Shown piece after piece: positions 1 through 12,030 of a stretch of 64,000 nucleotides of DNA. The stretch is from Macrostomum lignano (lineage: Eukaryota), in the NCBI GenBank assembly GCA_002269645.1, contig NIVC01000038.1, positions 744,001 through 808,000 on the forward strand, given 5' to 3'. Position 1 is the first letter of the stretch. Every line of letters begins with the position of its first letter. A model generated the notes under the pieces. It saw nothing but the letters and a program-made list of their open reading frames with translations, was not told where the DNA came from and made no database searches. The position numbers were made by a program, and so were the translations under genes.

Positions 1-1415
1 TAAATATGACGTTTTTGTTTTAGTTTTACCTATAATTCATTACGGAGTAGTGCTAAAATAGCTTTTCTATATATTGTTACTTTGAATCCGGAACTTATAG
101 TCTAACATTAGGTTTTGTTATATCTATCTTTTTAGTACGTCAGATTTTTATAATTGGGCTTAGAAATTTAGGTAAATAATCGTCAAGTCATATACTATAG
201 GCTCATTTTCTATTTTCGCATGGTTGGCTGAATCATGAATCAGCTGTCTGAAATCCGTCACTTGGTAGCTGCTTTCGAATTTTTGGTGCAAAATCTTCAA
301 TTTCACGCGCCTTTGTAGGTTGTCTCTTTATTTAATTTTTAGGGTATAATAATTAGCCTTCTTTAATCGATAGAATTAATCTACTTCGTATAAGACTTGT
401 AGCTACAGAAATGAAACCGTCGTTAAATATTATTGTTTGTTTAAATCTTCTTTGTAAATCCTTAATTATAGCTTTCTGTTGTTAAATAAATCTAATTTTA
501 AATGAAACTAGACTTACATGTAGCTATAAGGCAGCATGTACTTTTAGGACGATTTATTCGAAATGATAACTAACGACGTAATTGAAAAACGAAGGGATTT
601 AGAAGGGGTGTTTTTTCGAACCAGTGTGTGCTATCGTTTACTACTATGTGTAGTGTGCTCATAATTATTTGATTGTTTATCCTAAATGTATTTGTTTTTG
701 TTTATCGTTGTAGTGGAGTATCTGAACTCCGCGATTTTTCGAGCTTATAACACTTCTTGCGGTGTATTTGCATCTATTTAGTCTCAGCTTCAATAATACT
801 ATAATAGTACTAATTTAATATTACTTTTCCATGACCGACATTTTTCCGGAAATTTCCGGCATTATTTATTTTTAGCAGATCATGCCATTCAAGTTAGGTT
901 GCTTAGCTATTCAAACATAATTTCTTATTAACAAATAGTATTTATCTCTAACTTTAAGATGGAATCTTAATATATAAGAAAATGTTTACTAAACTTATAA
1001 AAATCTTAATTTTAATAAACATCTAAAACTTTTCTTGTTGATGTTAAAAAGTAGCAATTGTTTAAGAAATGTTGTCAATCTTATTTATTTTTTCATTATT
1101 AAAAATAATTTTATAATTTAAATTATGTTCTATGTTTTTGTGAACTTTAAGCGCCTTTAATTGAGCCGCGATAGTGATTGATTTTGTGTTACGAGTATTT
1201 AATATCTTTAATATTGTACACGTAGTACCGTCTATAACAAATATATATTTCAGTCCTATTATTGCATCAATATTTAGATTTTTTATTATATATACAGTGT
1301 ATTTAGTGCCTTAGTTTTATTGCTCTATTTAACAGGAATGCGACTTTTCTTTTTCTATTTCTCGTTGCTTGGATTGATATGCAGCAGCTGTATACATGTA
1401 GCTAAGTGCAGCACA

Positions 1416-1500
1416 CAGGGGTGTCGGAACCGGGGAGCCCGTGGGGCTGGAGCCCCCCCCCCACTTTTTAGCATGATCCTGCAATTGCCCTTTTTGAATT
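1416..1500 (+). mobile_element. terminal fragment of a non-autonomous DNA transposon (MITE-like)
   Basis: Begins CAGGGGTGTCGGAAC (1416-1430). A near-identical terminus in reverse orientation, GTTCCGACACCGCTG, occurs at 20593-20607. The fragment truncates the adjacent gag remnant. Confidence 0.4.
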
Positions 1501-1727
1501 TCAAGCAGCTTCACGGTCTCGTCGAATCCCAGCGGTGTCTGTTCACCATCCGAACTCTGAGATAGCGGTGGCTGCATCGCTGCGAAGATCCGCTGTCCTT
1601 CAGCACCCAGGCAGTGCAGAAGCAGGGCTCGCTTTCTCGCGTCTTGTAAGAGTGTCGAATCCCGCCGCCATTTAGTAGTTGTTAACCCCGAGGATGCGGG
1701 TGGCCTGCTCTGCATGCAATACCTCAT
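1500..1727 (-). pseudogene. Ty3/gypsy-like gag N-terminal remnant
   Basis: Translation KRALLLHCLGAEGQRIF...FDETVKLLE resembles the N-terminal gag region of invertebrate gypsy (K02A2.6-like) elements. It is truncated on both sides by other insertions. Confidence 0.6.
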
Positions 1728-1781
1728 GGTCTATGGCTTGCGAATCATTTCGATGCTCTTTCGAAAAACAAGTCTACATAA

Positions 1782-4344
1782 CCGTTGCTTGCGGCTTTGG
1801 CCTGCTGAGCAGGCCATGACTATTTTCTATACAGAAAACATTTTGTAGATCACGGTCAACGAGTTTTTCTATCTGATGTAGTCATTTTTAATAAGAAACA
1901 TTAAAAATCAAGAACATAAATTGCTATAACGTATGAACAATGTTTAACAGCTAAACAGCAACAATAACATAACCTGTTTATAACCAGATGGCATATTGGG
2001 CATAAATTCGGTTTTCCGCTATAAATTTTTTACTGGATTTTCAGACATTAATACTTTAATGCTTTTAAACCTGCGTTACTGATTATCATCCGGCCTTTCC
2101 AGATTAGAAATTCAAAAACCTGCTTCATTTTCCTGCTTTGGAGTTTGGACTATTACATTGTGTCGTGTTAACTTTTTAACTTTTTACTTCTTTTAAATTT
2201 TTAGACTGTAAGTTTTAAAGAATCCGGAAAATAATTTAGAGTGGGAAGCCGAAGTTATGCCGCATATTGTTTGTCAAGTAAAAATGAGCTGCCTTTGGCT
2301 TTGAAAACTAAAAGCAAATTTAAGTTACACCTGAGCGGCATGCCAGTCGGCAAAGCTGGGGGCTGCGCACAGTCCAGGGTTGCCTTCACATTATCCGCAG
2401 CAGAAGACTTTTCTTGACCTGGCCGTTCTTGTAGCACTGCCTGCACCGCTTCGTTGGTCGGGCTTGCGCTTCGGTGGCTTCAATGCGCTTCAGCGAGTGT
2501 TGTTGGTGAGCCACTGCTGGCTGCTGCTGTGCCCGAGCAGCTCTTACACGACCTGGTCCAGAGGAGTCGATAAAGTTCTTGATGATGGTCTCCAGAAACT
2601 TTAAAAACTCCAGTGTACCTCCGCACGATCGGTACACAACCCAGCCATTTCTGGCCAGTACAAGAAAAAGGTTCGCGCCGAGCTTTGTGAGCCACTTCTG
2701 AGTCCGCCGGCATGGGTTGTATGGCTGCAAGGCAGAGTCCAGCCTGTCGACACCACCCATAAATCTGTTGTACGACACAACTGTCTGTTGCTTCTGCTGG
2801 ATGACCAGTTCATTTCGCACGATTCGGTGAACAGGGTGAAGTTGGGCTACGCCTTGCGTGTCAAGGAAGTAAACTTTCTTTAGGCCCGAGCTCTTCCTGT
2901 CAACTATTTTCAATGCTGGCACGTTTCCTTTGCGCATAAACATGTAGCTTGGAGCTTGGTTTCCCTGGATACCACGAAAGCCATGTGGGACACCGCGATC
3001 GGCGCGAACTGTGCATGTCAGCATGGTGCTCCGCTGCAGCAGATACATCGCAAGACGATAAGATCCGAACCAGCTATCGCAGAAGATGTGATAACCCAAA
3101 TCCAATACGTACCTAACTGCCTCCACCAGGACTTTCTCACTCAGAGACAGCCCCCCACACCCGAGACCTTGACCGAATCGCTCATTCTCAGCTCTACTAG
3201 AGTGCACTAAGAAGTTGCTGACGTAACCGGAGCTAGCTTCGCAGAGACAATATAGTTTGATGCCATATCGCGCTTTCTTGGATGGAATATACTGACGAAA
3301 TGTGACACGACCTCTGAACAGAACAAGCTCTTCGCCGCCATTAATTTCTTTTTCTGGCATGTACACACTGCGACATATCTCAGCTACACGCGTAATAAAT
3401 GGTCTTGCCTTTGCTAGCGGGTCGTTTCCATCGAAGTTGTTGCAGTCATAGAAGCGCAGCTGGCTACTGATCTGTTGGTACCTGTCCCTTGTCAGGCAAG
3501 CGAGTTGATGAAGAAAGGTGTTGCGTAAAAATCATCTTTGCTCCAATAGTTGGCAATCTCGGGCTTTTTAACTATTCCCATGTAAAGCGACATGGCGACA
3601 AACTTCTTCATCTCGTCCACGGTCACGTCTTTCCACGCGAAGGAAACCTTTGAGGCAGGTTTGGCATCGATGCTTGTAGCTCGTCGAATTTGCGCCACGC
3701 CCGCGCATTGGTCCAAGCGCAGAGCTGTTGCAGTAGGTCAGCAGTCAGAAACAGCTTGAAAAACGCAGCTGGATCGTCAGCGGCAGTCTCTGGCCTCGGC
3801 AAGTCAGGATTCACGCCCGGCATTCCCAAGAACTCGGGCTCTGCATCTGGCCGTTGATCCTGCCCAGCTTCCCGTGCCAACCAAGCATCATTTGGCAAGC
3901 CTCCAGCATCTTCATTTGGCTGGAGATGCAGGTCCTCCTCTTCTTCATCTTCGCCCTCATCCGCTGTTAGCCAGCCTTCCTCTCCCCTAGGTTGGAGTCG
4001 GTATCCGGATCAAATTGCACTTGAGCAGCCATGACAAACACTGTCCGACACGGAAATTATTGTATTCTACTAAATGAAGCTGCTAATAATTTAATTAATT
4101 AATTACCACTTGACTTCAATTATGTAACTTCAAGCTTTCTTGATTAGATGAATCCTACAATTTTACTGTTTGTCATTCATACTCACCCGGCCATCCACCC
4201 TACTCCAGTTTGTTTTTTGCCTTCATGTTCATCCTTCATTGCTACGAGTATAAGCTAATCCGCCGGCTGTCGCAGGCTACGGCTGTGTCAAAAATATTCT
4301 AAAATAGTCTATGGCCTGCTCTGCAGGCCATTCCACAAGCTACG
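1782..4344 (-). mobile_element. piggyBac-like DNA transposon (degenerate)
   Basis: Inverted repeats GGCCTGCTGAGCAGGCCAT-GACTATTTT (1799-1826) and AAAATAGTCTATGGCCTGCTCTGCAGGCC (4301-4329) flank a fragmented transposase. The left end ATAA|CCG may be a mutated TTAA target site. Confidence 0.75.
2330..4030 (-). pseudogene. piggyBac (PGBD4-like) transposase pseudogene
   Basis: Motifs FKLFLTADLL, EMKKFVAMSLYMGIVKKPEIANYWS, FRQYIPSKKARYGIKLYCLCE, FCDSWF and YNRFMGGVDRLD are present, plus a C-terminal Cys-rich finger (RCRQC...CCG*CEGNPGLC). The reading is split over several frames. The position of the first catalytic Asp reads INGGEE. Confidence 0.9.
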
Positions 4345-4599
4345 CTGGTGAATAGAATCCCAACCAGCAGTGTAGGGGAAAATTTTAAGATTAAGATCAA
4401 ACTGAAATGCTTTTTGTTGCGACGAATAACTCAAAGTTTCCATTGAATTGAGTGCTCAAATTATAAAATAAAATGAAAAATGCTATAGTACGAGCTACAT
4501 AGAATATGCAATCATCTTCAGGACATGCCAATTTTCATCCCATAAAACCAAAAACGAACCAAGACGGAATGATTTAATTGCTGCCCCTTCAATGTTGAG

Positions 4600-4960
4600 A
4601 GATACAGAGACTCACCCTCAGTGCCAACCCACAGCACTCTGAGTTGGTATTTTACCCCCACCGCTAGCAAGCTGCACATCCAAACTAGGGCAAGCTTGTG
4701 AAATTTATCGTGTACGATCGAAGCCTCAATGATCTTTACTTTGAAATCGTTAATGCAACCACGCAACACCTTAAAAAGCTCCATGTATGAATAGGAAACA
4801 CTGTGATCAATAGAACTGATAGAAGGCACCTGCCTTTTGCTTTTTGCTTTGCTTTGCGAAAGAGGCACAACTTGATATTCATTGTTATATGAACATTTGG
4901 TTTGCTGTGATGATTTCGGCATGCTCCGAAGATGACGGCTTGCGTCGAAACGCGTTGGCT
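4600..4960 (+). mobile_element. probable Penelope-like element 3' remnant
   Basis: Degenerate reading ...HSTLSWYF...*NLSCTIEASMIFTLKSLMQ resembles the end of a Penelope GIY-YIG domain. It is followed by a minimal-hammerhead-like motif at 4923-4959. Confidence 0.4.
4923..4959 (+). ncRNA. degenerate minimal type I hammerhead ribozyme-like motif
   Basis: GCT-CCGAAGA-T-GACG(GCTTG)CGTC-GAAA-CGCGTT-GGC. The core differs from CUGANGA by one U>C change, stem II is 4 bp, there is a palindromic ACGCGT stem III, and a 3-bp stem I (GCT/GGC). Confidence 0.45.
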
Positions 4961-5399
4961 TTAAACATGTTTGCTTTTTAGCGTTCCTTTTTTTAAATAA
5001 TCCTGCCAAAATTTTACATTTTTTATCCGACTTAAGAGCTGACTAGAAAAATGATTAAAACAACTCCCTTGCCGGCCTTGCTCTCCTGGCTGCAATTCCG
5101 TGAGCAATAACCTCGCCTTTGCGAATCTTTATTGCAGCCGTCAGCGCTTTAGAGCCTTGCTGTTGAATTTCTTGTGAATGCCACTCGGCATGCGGACGAC
5201 GTTGGTTAGAGTCTGACGGACGGGGGAGGCGGGGTGGCATCTGCTATCAGCTGATGGTTTGGGAATTGCTATGGTAGAGTTGCGGTTGGCCTGAGATGGT
5301 GGTAGAGGATCTGGGAGGATGGAGAGGATCTGAGAGGGTGAAGGATCTCAGAGGGAGTCATGGTGATCAGAGGATCAGAATAAAAAATCAACACAGAAT

Positions 5400-5612
5400 C
5401 CTAACTTTCTGAACGAAAAGCTTTATGAATGTCAATGAAGTTATAAGTAGGGCAAAACATATCAAAAGATGAACATTGGGTCTGCCTCCTATCGAAAGCA
5501 ATAACAACTTTTGTGCTGAAAAAGGAAAGCTTCCTATCTCCGTAGTGTATTTTTCAGCGAAAAGTTACCTTCAAAAAAATTGACATAGATATTGAGTGTT
5601 GCGTCCTTTTAC
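5400..5612 (+). mobile_element. half copy of the long-TIR foldback element found at 59549-59940
   Basis: TTTCTGAACGAAAAGCTTTATGAAT...CTGCCTCCTATCGAAAGCAATAAC...CTTCCTATCTCCGTAGTGTATTTTTC...GAGTGTTGCGTCCTT matches 59763-59940. Confidence 0.75.
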
Positions 5613-5639
5613 TTAAGTTGCCTTTGCTTGTACATTTGC

Positions 5640-6600
5640 CACAAACAGGCTTTCAAAGCACTTAACCTGACGCTAAAGGATCTGCGCGGCAAAAACCAGC
5701 TAATGGGTGGTGTCACCCTGCTGCTCTCTGGAGACTTTAGACAGACGTTGCCTGTAATTCCGCTCGGTACCCCAGCCGATGAGATCAATGCTTGTCTCAA
5801 ATCTTTGAATATGTGGCCATCAGTTGAGAAGTTGCGCTTGCGAACCAACGTGAGGGCTGCAGTTTATGGCGATGAAACAGCTCATCAATTTGCTTTCATT
5901 CTCTTGGAGGTCAGTCCCCAGGATGGGCTGTCACCAATTGCTCCATTCGGTACAATCGTATCTTCGATGCAGGAGCTCAAGGCTAAGGTTTATCTGAACA
6001 TGTCGCACATATTTTCTGACATTGACTGACTGTCAGAGAGGCCATTTTGTGTCCCAGGAATGACGCAGCTAATAGTATCAACTCCCAGCTGCTCAAGGAG
6101 ATGCCTGGCAATACCACCAGCTACAAGTCAATTGACACAACAATGACTGGTGACAATGCTGTGGAGTTTTCTATCGAGTTCTTGAACTCTCTAAAGCCTC
6201 CTCGAACGCCATCGCACAACCTCCAGGTAAAAATGGGTGCACCAGTTATGCTACTGCGCAATTTAAATGCCCCAAAGCTAATCGTCAAGCAACTCTTTTC
6301 GAATCTGGTTGAAGCAACAATCGTGACAGGATCCAGCAAAGGGCAGTCTGTGTTGATTCCGAGAATTCCAATTATTTTATCGGACTTGCCTTTTCAATTC
6401 AAGAGAGTACAGTTCCCATGAAGGTTTGCTTTGCCATGACCATCAACAAAGCCTAAGGACAGTCGCTAAAAGTGGCCGGAATCAACTTAGAGTCACCCTG
6501 CTTCTCACATGACTAGCTTTATGTGCATGCTCACTATTTGAAACTGCTGGCCTCTTCAACTTTGTTGCCAGGGGGGACAAGGAAATTGGTGAATCCTTAG
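5640..6600 (+). pseudogene. Helitron PIF1-like helicase remnant, copy 1
   Basis: Motifs MGGVTLLLSGDFRQTLPVI, LRLRTNVR, CPRNDAANSIN, EFLNSLKPPRTPSHNLQVKMGAPVMLLRNLNAPKL, LIPRIP and FKRVQFP, with stops and frameshifts. Confidence 0.88.
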
Positions 6601-8341
6601 GCACTGCGATAAGCATCCGTGAAAGTTATTACAACAGGACTACTTTATGGAACATTTTCTATTTTTAAGTATATTACGAGCTACATTTATCAGTAGTAGA
6701 GGTACGAAGTTCCCCCATTTAATAAGTTTTTTGCTACTCAAGGACAGTGGTTAAACTATTTGTGGCGAACCTTCTGAAGCAAGCATCAAGTAACCTTCCC
6801 TCCAGACCGGACTAAAAATTTGGCTCTGATTTGAAAGAAATTGGCAGTTTCAATTGATACTAAATATTATATGTTACTCATCAAACATGTTCCTTAATAG
6901 TTTTGCTGTTGTCTAGCATTTGTACTCTGCTTAGCTACTCTATAGTACTTGAACAGTATTGGTAATTTTCTCGATTTCTCGATGATAGGAGTCAGATTCC
7001 ATTCTATTCTAGAAATATACTTTTTTAAACGACTTTACTCCATGTTTTTAACCTCGTATCTTACTACGAGTATTAACAACTTTTTGCTTGAGTCTAACAC
7101 TAAAATTCAAGACTTCCTGCAAAAACAGTTCCGGGAATTGGAATTCAGCGGGCTCAAAATCCTCGCGCATCAACAGCTTGTAGACTTATAATATGGCAAA
7201 GACAAGGGCAGGAAGAGAGGCAAGGCTGAAGTAAACTGAAGCAGGCATAAATAATGAGGCAGCCAAGACAATGGAATCCAGCAAACAAGCAGGGCCCCGA
7301 GTGGAATGCAGCAGCGCTTGCAAAAATCTACAGCAGTCACTAACCATTTCAAAGTTAACTGAAGCTCAAATAAAAGGCGGCAGATTGGCGGAAGCGTCCG
7401 GCCAGAGAATATTTGATGAGCCCGGCACGGAGGCAGCTCCTGGGGAGGAGCCAGCGGGCGCTCCAGAGACCGACAGCCACCCCCGACGAACGTATCGACC
7501 GAGGGATGAACGCGCGGACCGGGCCGCACAAGAGGACAGTGAAAGAACTCAGGACTGACTTCCCCCAAATACTCATGCAAACTCAACCAGAGTAAACTGG
7601 TGAGTCTAACCGCCTCACCCTCGCCCCCGTAGCAACTCGCGTGTTGAATGCTAATCTTATTGCATGTGCTGTTTGTGCAAAACTTGCCGTCGTTAACGAC
7701 GCGACATCCCACTCACCCCATCGACGATAGGGGATGAAATTTTAGAAGTTTTTCCTAAATAGACGGGATTTCAGCCCCGAGAGACACTTCTTTCTTTCTC
7801 GCTTTTGGAGAAATAATGTCACAAACTGAAGTCCCATTCTCTTTTTGAGTTAGCGAAAAAGTTGAGACTACGAAAAAATATAGCCAACTGCGATTTTGGT
7901 TGTAAGCTTTCAAAAATTCAGCAGAAACCATTAGAATTACGCTAGTAGAAGAATGCATTACACTAGAAGAGATGAAAGTACTAGACTATAAAAGTACTGT
8001 ACTAGAAGAGAGTCTTACATCAGCATTCCCCATGAGTCTTGACATCCCAGCAATTCCCCATGACTCTTAAGATCCCAGCGATTCCCCCTCATAAGTCTTG
8101 ACATCTCAGCTATTCCCCAGACGTCATAAATTCCCCCGAGCCTTGACATTAAAGCAATTTACCCCATGAGTCTTATGACATCTTCCACATCGTGACGCAA
8201 TTCAACTCAGAGTCACAATTCAGTCAGTTAACTTATGTAAAAAGCCTGTTGTGATGCAATCCTTACCAGAAAAATAATTCATTAAATCTTTTGCTCATTA
8301 GTAAAAACTTCTGTTTGAACTTTGAACATTTTTTCAAATAT

Positions 8342-8530
8342 TTAATCCTATTAGCATTGAGAAGTTTCTAAGCCTCGACACTTGTCACAGGCTGTGATAT
8401 TTCTGTGAAATACTTAATCCCATTAGCATTGAGAAGTTTCTAAGCCTCGACACTTGTCACAGGCTGTGATATTTCTGTGAAATACTTAATCCCATTAGCA
8501 TTGAGAAGTTTCTAAGCCTCGACACTTGTC
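8342..8530. repeat. 72-bp tandem repeat, about 2.6 copies
   Basis: The unit start TTAATCC recurs at 8342, 8414 and 8486. Confidence 0.9.
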
Positions 8531-10072
8531 AATGAAAAATTTCTGTCTATGTTAAGTATGGAAATCGGTTAAGCCGTTTTCTGAAATTAATCACATACAT
8601 GTACCTACGCTCGTACCGACAGACACTCAGATCTTAATACTGTGGATAAATACTTTTGCAAGCTTTCTAGAGGACATTAGATCGTACGTAATGTGTTGTC
8701 CGAATTCTTTTTTATAAAGTTGACTTCGAACTCACGAGTATTTTGGAAATACAAAACAAATTAATGTATATTGAATGCATATTGAATTTGTATGAATATT
8801 GAATTTGAGCTATCTTTGACCCTCGAAGCCACTTGGTGATGATGTGAACCAGCCATTTGCATGGATTAACTTTGTGACAAGCAACTTTCGATGAAAACTG
8901 TTTATGCATCAGAGTAAAAGTATATATAGCTTAGGTAAAATGTACGAGTATTTAGATAGCTCAAAACGATTTTTATTAAGGTTTGTTGATATAATGCTTG
9001 TTTGAAAATCGAAAGGAAACGATTCAGCTTCAGCATAAAAGTGAAATACGAGCTAGCTAATTTTAATTGTGAATTCACGCTTGACTATTGTGACAAAGGA
9101 AACTGTTGAAACTCTTGAATGATTGGCGTTGCAAAAGTTTCCGGATTGTATTTACGAGTGCTGTAAACAACCGGAATTTCGTACGAATCCTGGGCATAGC
9201 TGCTTATTGTAGAGTAAAATGATTGAACATACGAAACAAAACTAATGACGCATTTAAACGTGTTTGAAATTCAAACTTTCACTCACTTTTAATGTTACTG
9301 TTGCGTACAGAATGAAGTGACGGTGGCTGTCCTAAAATAATCATCTGTAAAGTACGCTCGTACATGGTTGCGAGGTTACAAAGTAGCCTCGCCTGCACTG
9401 CATTCCCTCAACTACTTGTCACTTTCCCTTTGATATCCAATAATCAAGTTGCCAATGATCCAAGAAATCGTTTTATGAAACTAATATGTGTTCGTGGTTA
9501 ATTAAATTGTTAGAAGGAAGTTTTGCTCAGAAAGTCATCGTTTTGAAATTGACCCTTCAATAGAGAAGATGTGTGAATGAGTTTTGGCTAAATTTTACCT
9601 CATTTGGACATTTCTGTCAATTAGAGTAATCATATTCCGGAAACTTAAGCAACAGCCCTCGTATCAAGAGTTTGCGCTAGTATAAAATGTTCATTGGTGT
9701 ACGTAATATCTACGAGTAGTACGTCGTAGTAAAATTGAGTTGGATAATAATTTCAAACTCAAAATTCCAAACTTCATTTCATATAAAACAGACAAGAGGA
9801 CCACAAACACCATTATAATAAAGATTTTTTAAACCTTTTTCTTAGAATAGTTATTGATTAATTGCTTACCGGCGTCAGAGGGTTGCATTAAGAAATTGAA
9901 CGAAAATCTGTTTTCTGTGAACAGAGGGGCGCGTTCGAATTAATAGCTAATCAGTTTTGGACATTTACACAACGTTTTTAACAGTCACTGTGAAGGCGTC
10001 AGAAATAAGATTTTGCGATTAAATTTCTCCATCCGGTTCCTCTTGTCTGGCGCTGCCTGCAGTTTCTCAGAA

Positions 10073-10819
10073 TCAAGCAAAAGGAGACAGGCACTCGCAC
10101 AGAACTCTGGAAATACTCTCCCTTGTGCCCCGGATATCATAAATACCCAATAGATCCTGGAATCTTCCAGTTGCATTGTCGTTGCCACCGTAGTCATTCG
10201 GCTGGTCAGTGGCCCAAAAAGCGGGATCAAAGGTTGTGTTGCAGCCGACCCAGTACCAGCCGCCAGCCGGCTCCGCACTGCCTGCTGACTGGAAGCCTCC
10301 GAGCTAGACCGATTGTTCAGAGCTGTAGTTCGAGCAGATCGAGTCCACGTGGCTCATCTCCTGCTCGCTGGTCACGTCGGCCATGATGACTAGACCGCTC
10401 TCTGACTCGCACTTTTGCCTGCTCGGCAACCACGTCCCGATGTCAGAGTACAACCTGTACTTCACTCCACACAGGTCCATGCTGTAGCCAGACGGACACA
10501 GCGCGCCCGCCTCGAGTCCCGGCCGCTGCTTGACAAACAGCCGGCCTCTCCTGGAGCAGCCGCAGCTCCTCACCGACTTGCTGCACTTGTCGAACACGAA
10601 CAGCTGGCACGGACCGTCAGCCAGGCTGAACGCCTGACAGCGCAGCTTCTCGGAGCACAGAGTGGCGCACCCAATTCTGCTGCCTTCGTTTGAGTAGGTC
10701 TCAACAAACTCATCGTTGATGCAGAGGCTGCCGTCAATGAGGTTGTACACCTGTTGGCTGGCAGTGGAGAGGCTAAGAACAAGACTCATCCAGGCCACAA
10801 TGTTCGATACTTTGGTCAT
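10073..10819 (-). pseudogene. secreted PAN/apple-like plus C-type lectin domain protein with one in-frame TAG (10304-10306)
   Basis: Signal-peptide-like N-terminus, then a PAN-like CATLC..CQAFS...CQL region, then a CTLD. Reading through SV*LGG gives WYW...FWATDQPNDYGGND...VLCECLSPFA and a TGA at 10073-10075, for 248 codons with no intron. Confidence 0.8.
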
Positions 10820-11574
10820 TTTTGCTTGTAGCAGGCTGGGAATTTTTTAAAAAAATTTTCCAGGAATAACGTGAGACGATGCAATTCGCTTTTAACAAAA
10901 ATTTTTCCAACAACTAACCGATTTTCTCAGTTTTTTCTGACCAATCGTGGGCCAGCTCTTCGGAGAATTTCTTATTGGTGGAAAAATTTGAATTCCTAGA
11001 GGTGACTTCCGAACCATGTTGACGTGTCTTAATTGGTCCCTGGAAACCACAGACAGCGATGCCGCGCAGGGAGATCCCGGTCTTGCCAAGTGAGCTGGCA
11101 GAATTTCTTGGGCCTCAAATGTGTCAAAAAGGTCCGGTTTTTGGCAAGAGACGTGACTACTTAGAGGCAGAATGGGGTTGTTATTAGGCTGATTTGACGC
11201 AAAAACCAAAACTAGTATTGGTACTACTATTGTAAAAAGAAGTAAGTAGTTTATGAAAACGATATTTTAAGCGTATACTGAATTTCAGTATCCACTTTAT
11301 TGTGCATTGTCTTTTTCTCCTGATCTACTGATATATGTACACATTGAATTAATCCGTTATCTCCTTATACATGCGCATTATCTACTAATTCTCTATCTAT
11401 ACCTATCTACTCTTCCCTGTCTAATTATATGTGTACATTTTCTATTATTGTCCCATATTCTCTGTGTACAATTCCACTAATATTGGAGCTTATATGTACA
11501 TCAATAGCCTCTACTCATATCAGCCACATACCCCAGAATTAGAGCCTGCATTGGTATGTACATTTTCTATGCTC

Positions 11575-12030
11575 TTTGCTGTGGAGTTTCCGATTGAGTT
11601 CCTGAACTCTTTAGAGCCTCCTGGAACGCCATCGCACAACGTCCAGTTAAAAGTGGGTGCACCAATTATGCTACTGCGCAGTTTGAATGCCCCAAAACTA
11701 TGTTGCGGCACCAGGCTAATCGTCAAGCAACTCTTTCCGGATGTGATTGAGGCAAAAATCGTGACAGGATCCGTCAAAGAGCTGTCCGTAAATTCTAAGA
11801 ATTCCAATTATTCCATCGGACCTGCCTTTACAATTCAAGCGAAGGTCTGCTCTACCATGGCCATAACCATATCCCAAGGACGGAGTCGCCTAAGGTGGCC
11901 GGAACCAACTTGGAGTAACGCTGCTTCTCACACATGGTCAACTTTACGTTGCATGCTCACGCGTTGAAACTCCAGCTGGCCTCTTAATCTTTGCTTCCAG
12001 AGGGGGGATTCGGTGTACGTATCGTTAGGC
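11575..12030 (+). pseudogene. Helitron PIF1-like helicase remnant, copy 2
   Basis: EFPIEFLNSLEPPGTPSHNVQLKVGAPIMLLRSLNAPKLCCGTRLIVKQL, followed by frameshifts. Paralogous to 6160-6600. Confidence 0.85.

Noticed and set aside
300-520. Minus-strand reading QKAIIKDLQRRFKQTIIFNDGFISVATSL, reminiscent of a hAT transposase C-terminal region
   Set aside because: Too short and degenerate to support without a database search.
1-1320. AT-rich start of the window as a possible mitochondrial insertion
   Set aside because: No mitochondrial gene, tRNA or rRNA motif was recognised.
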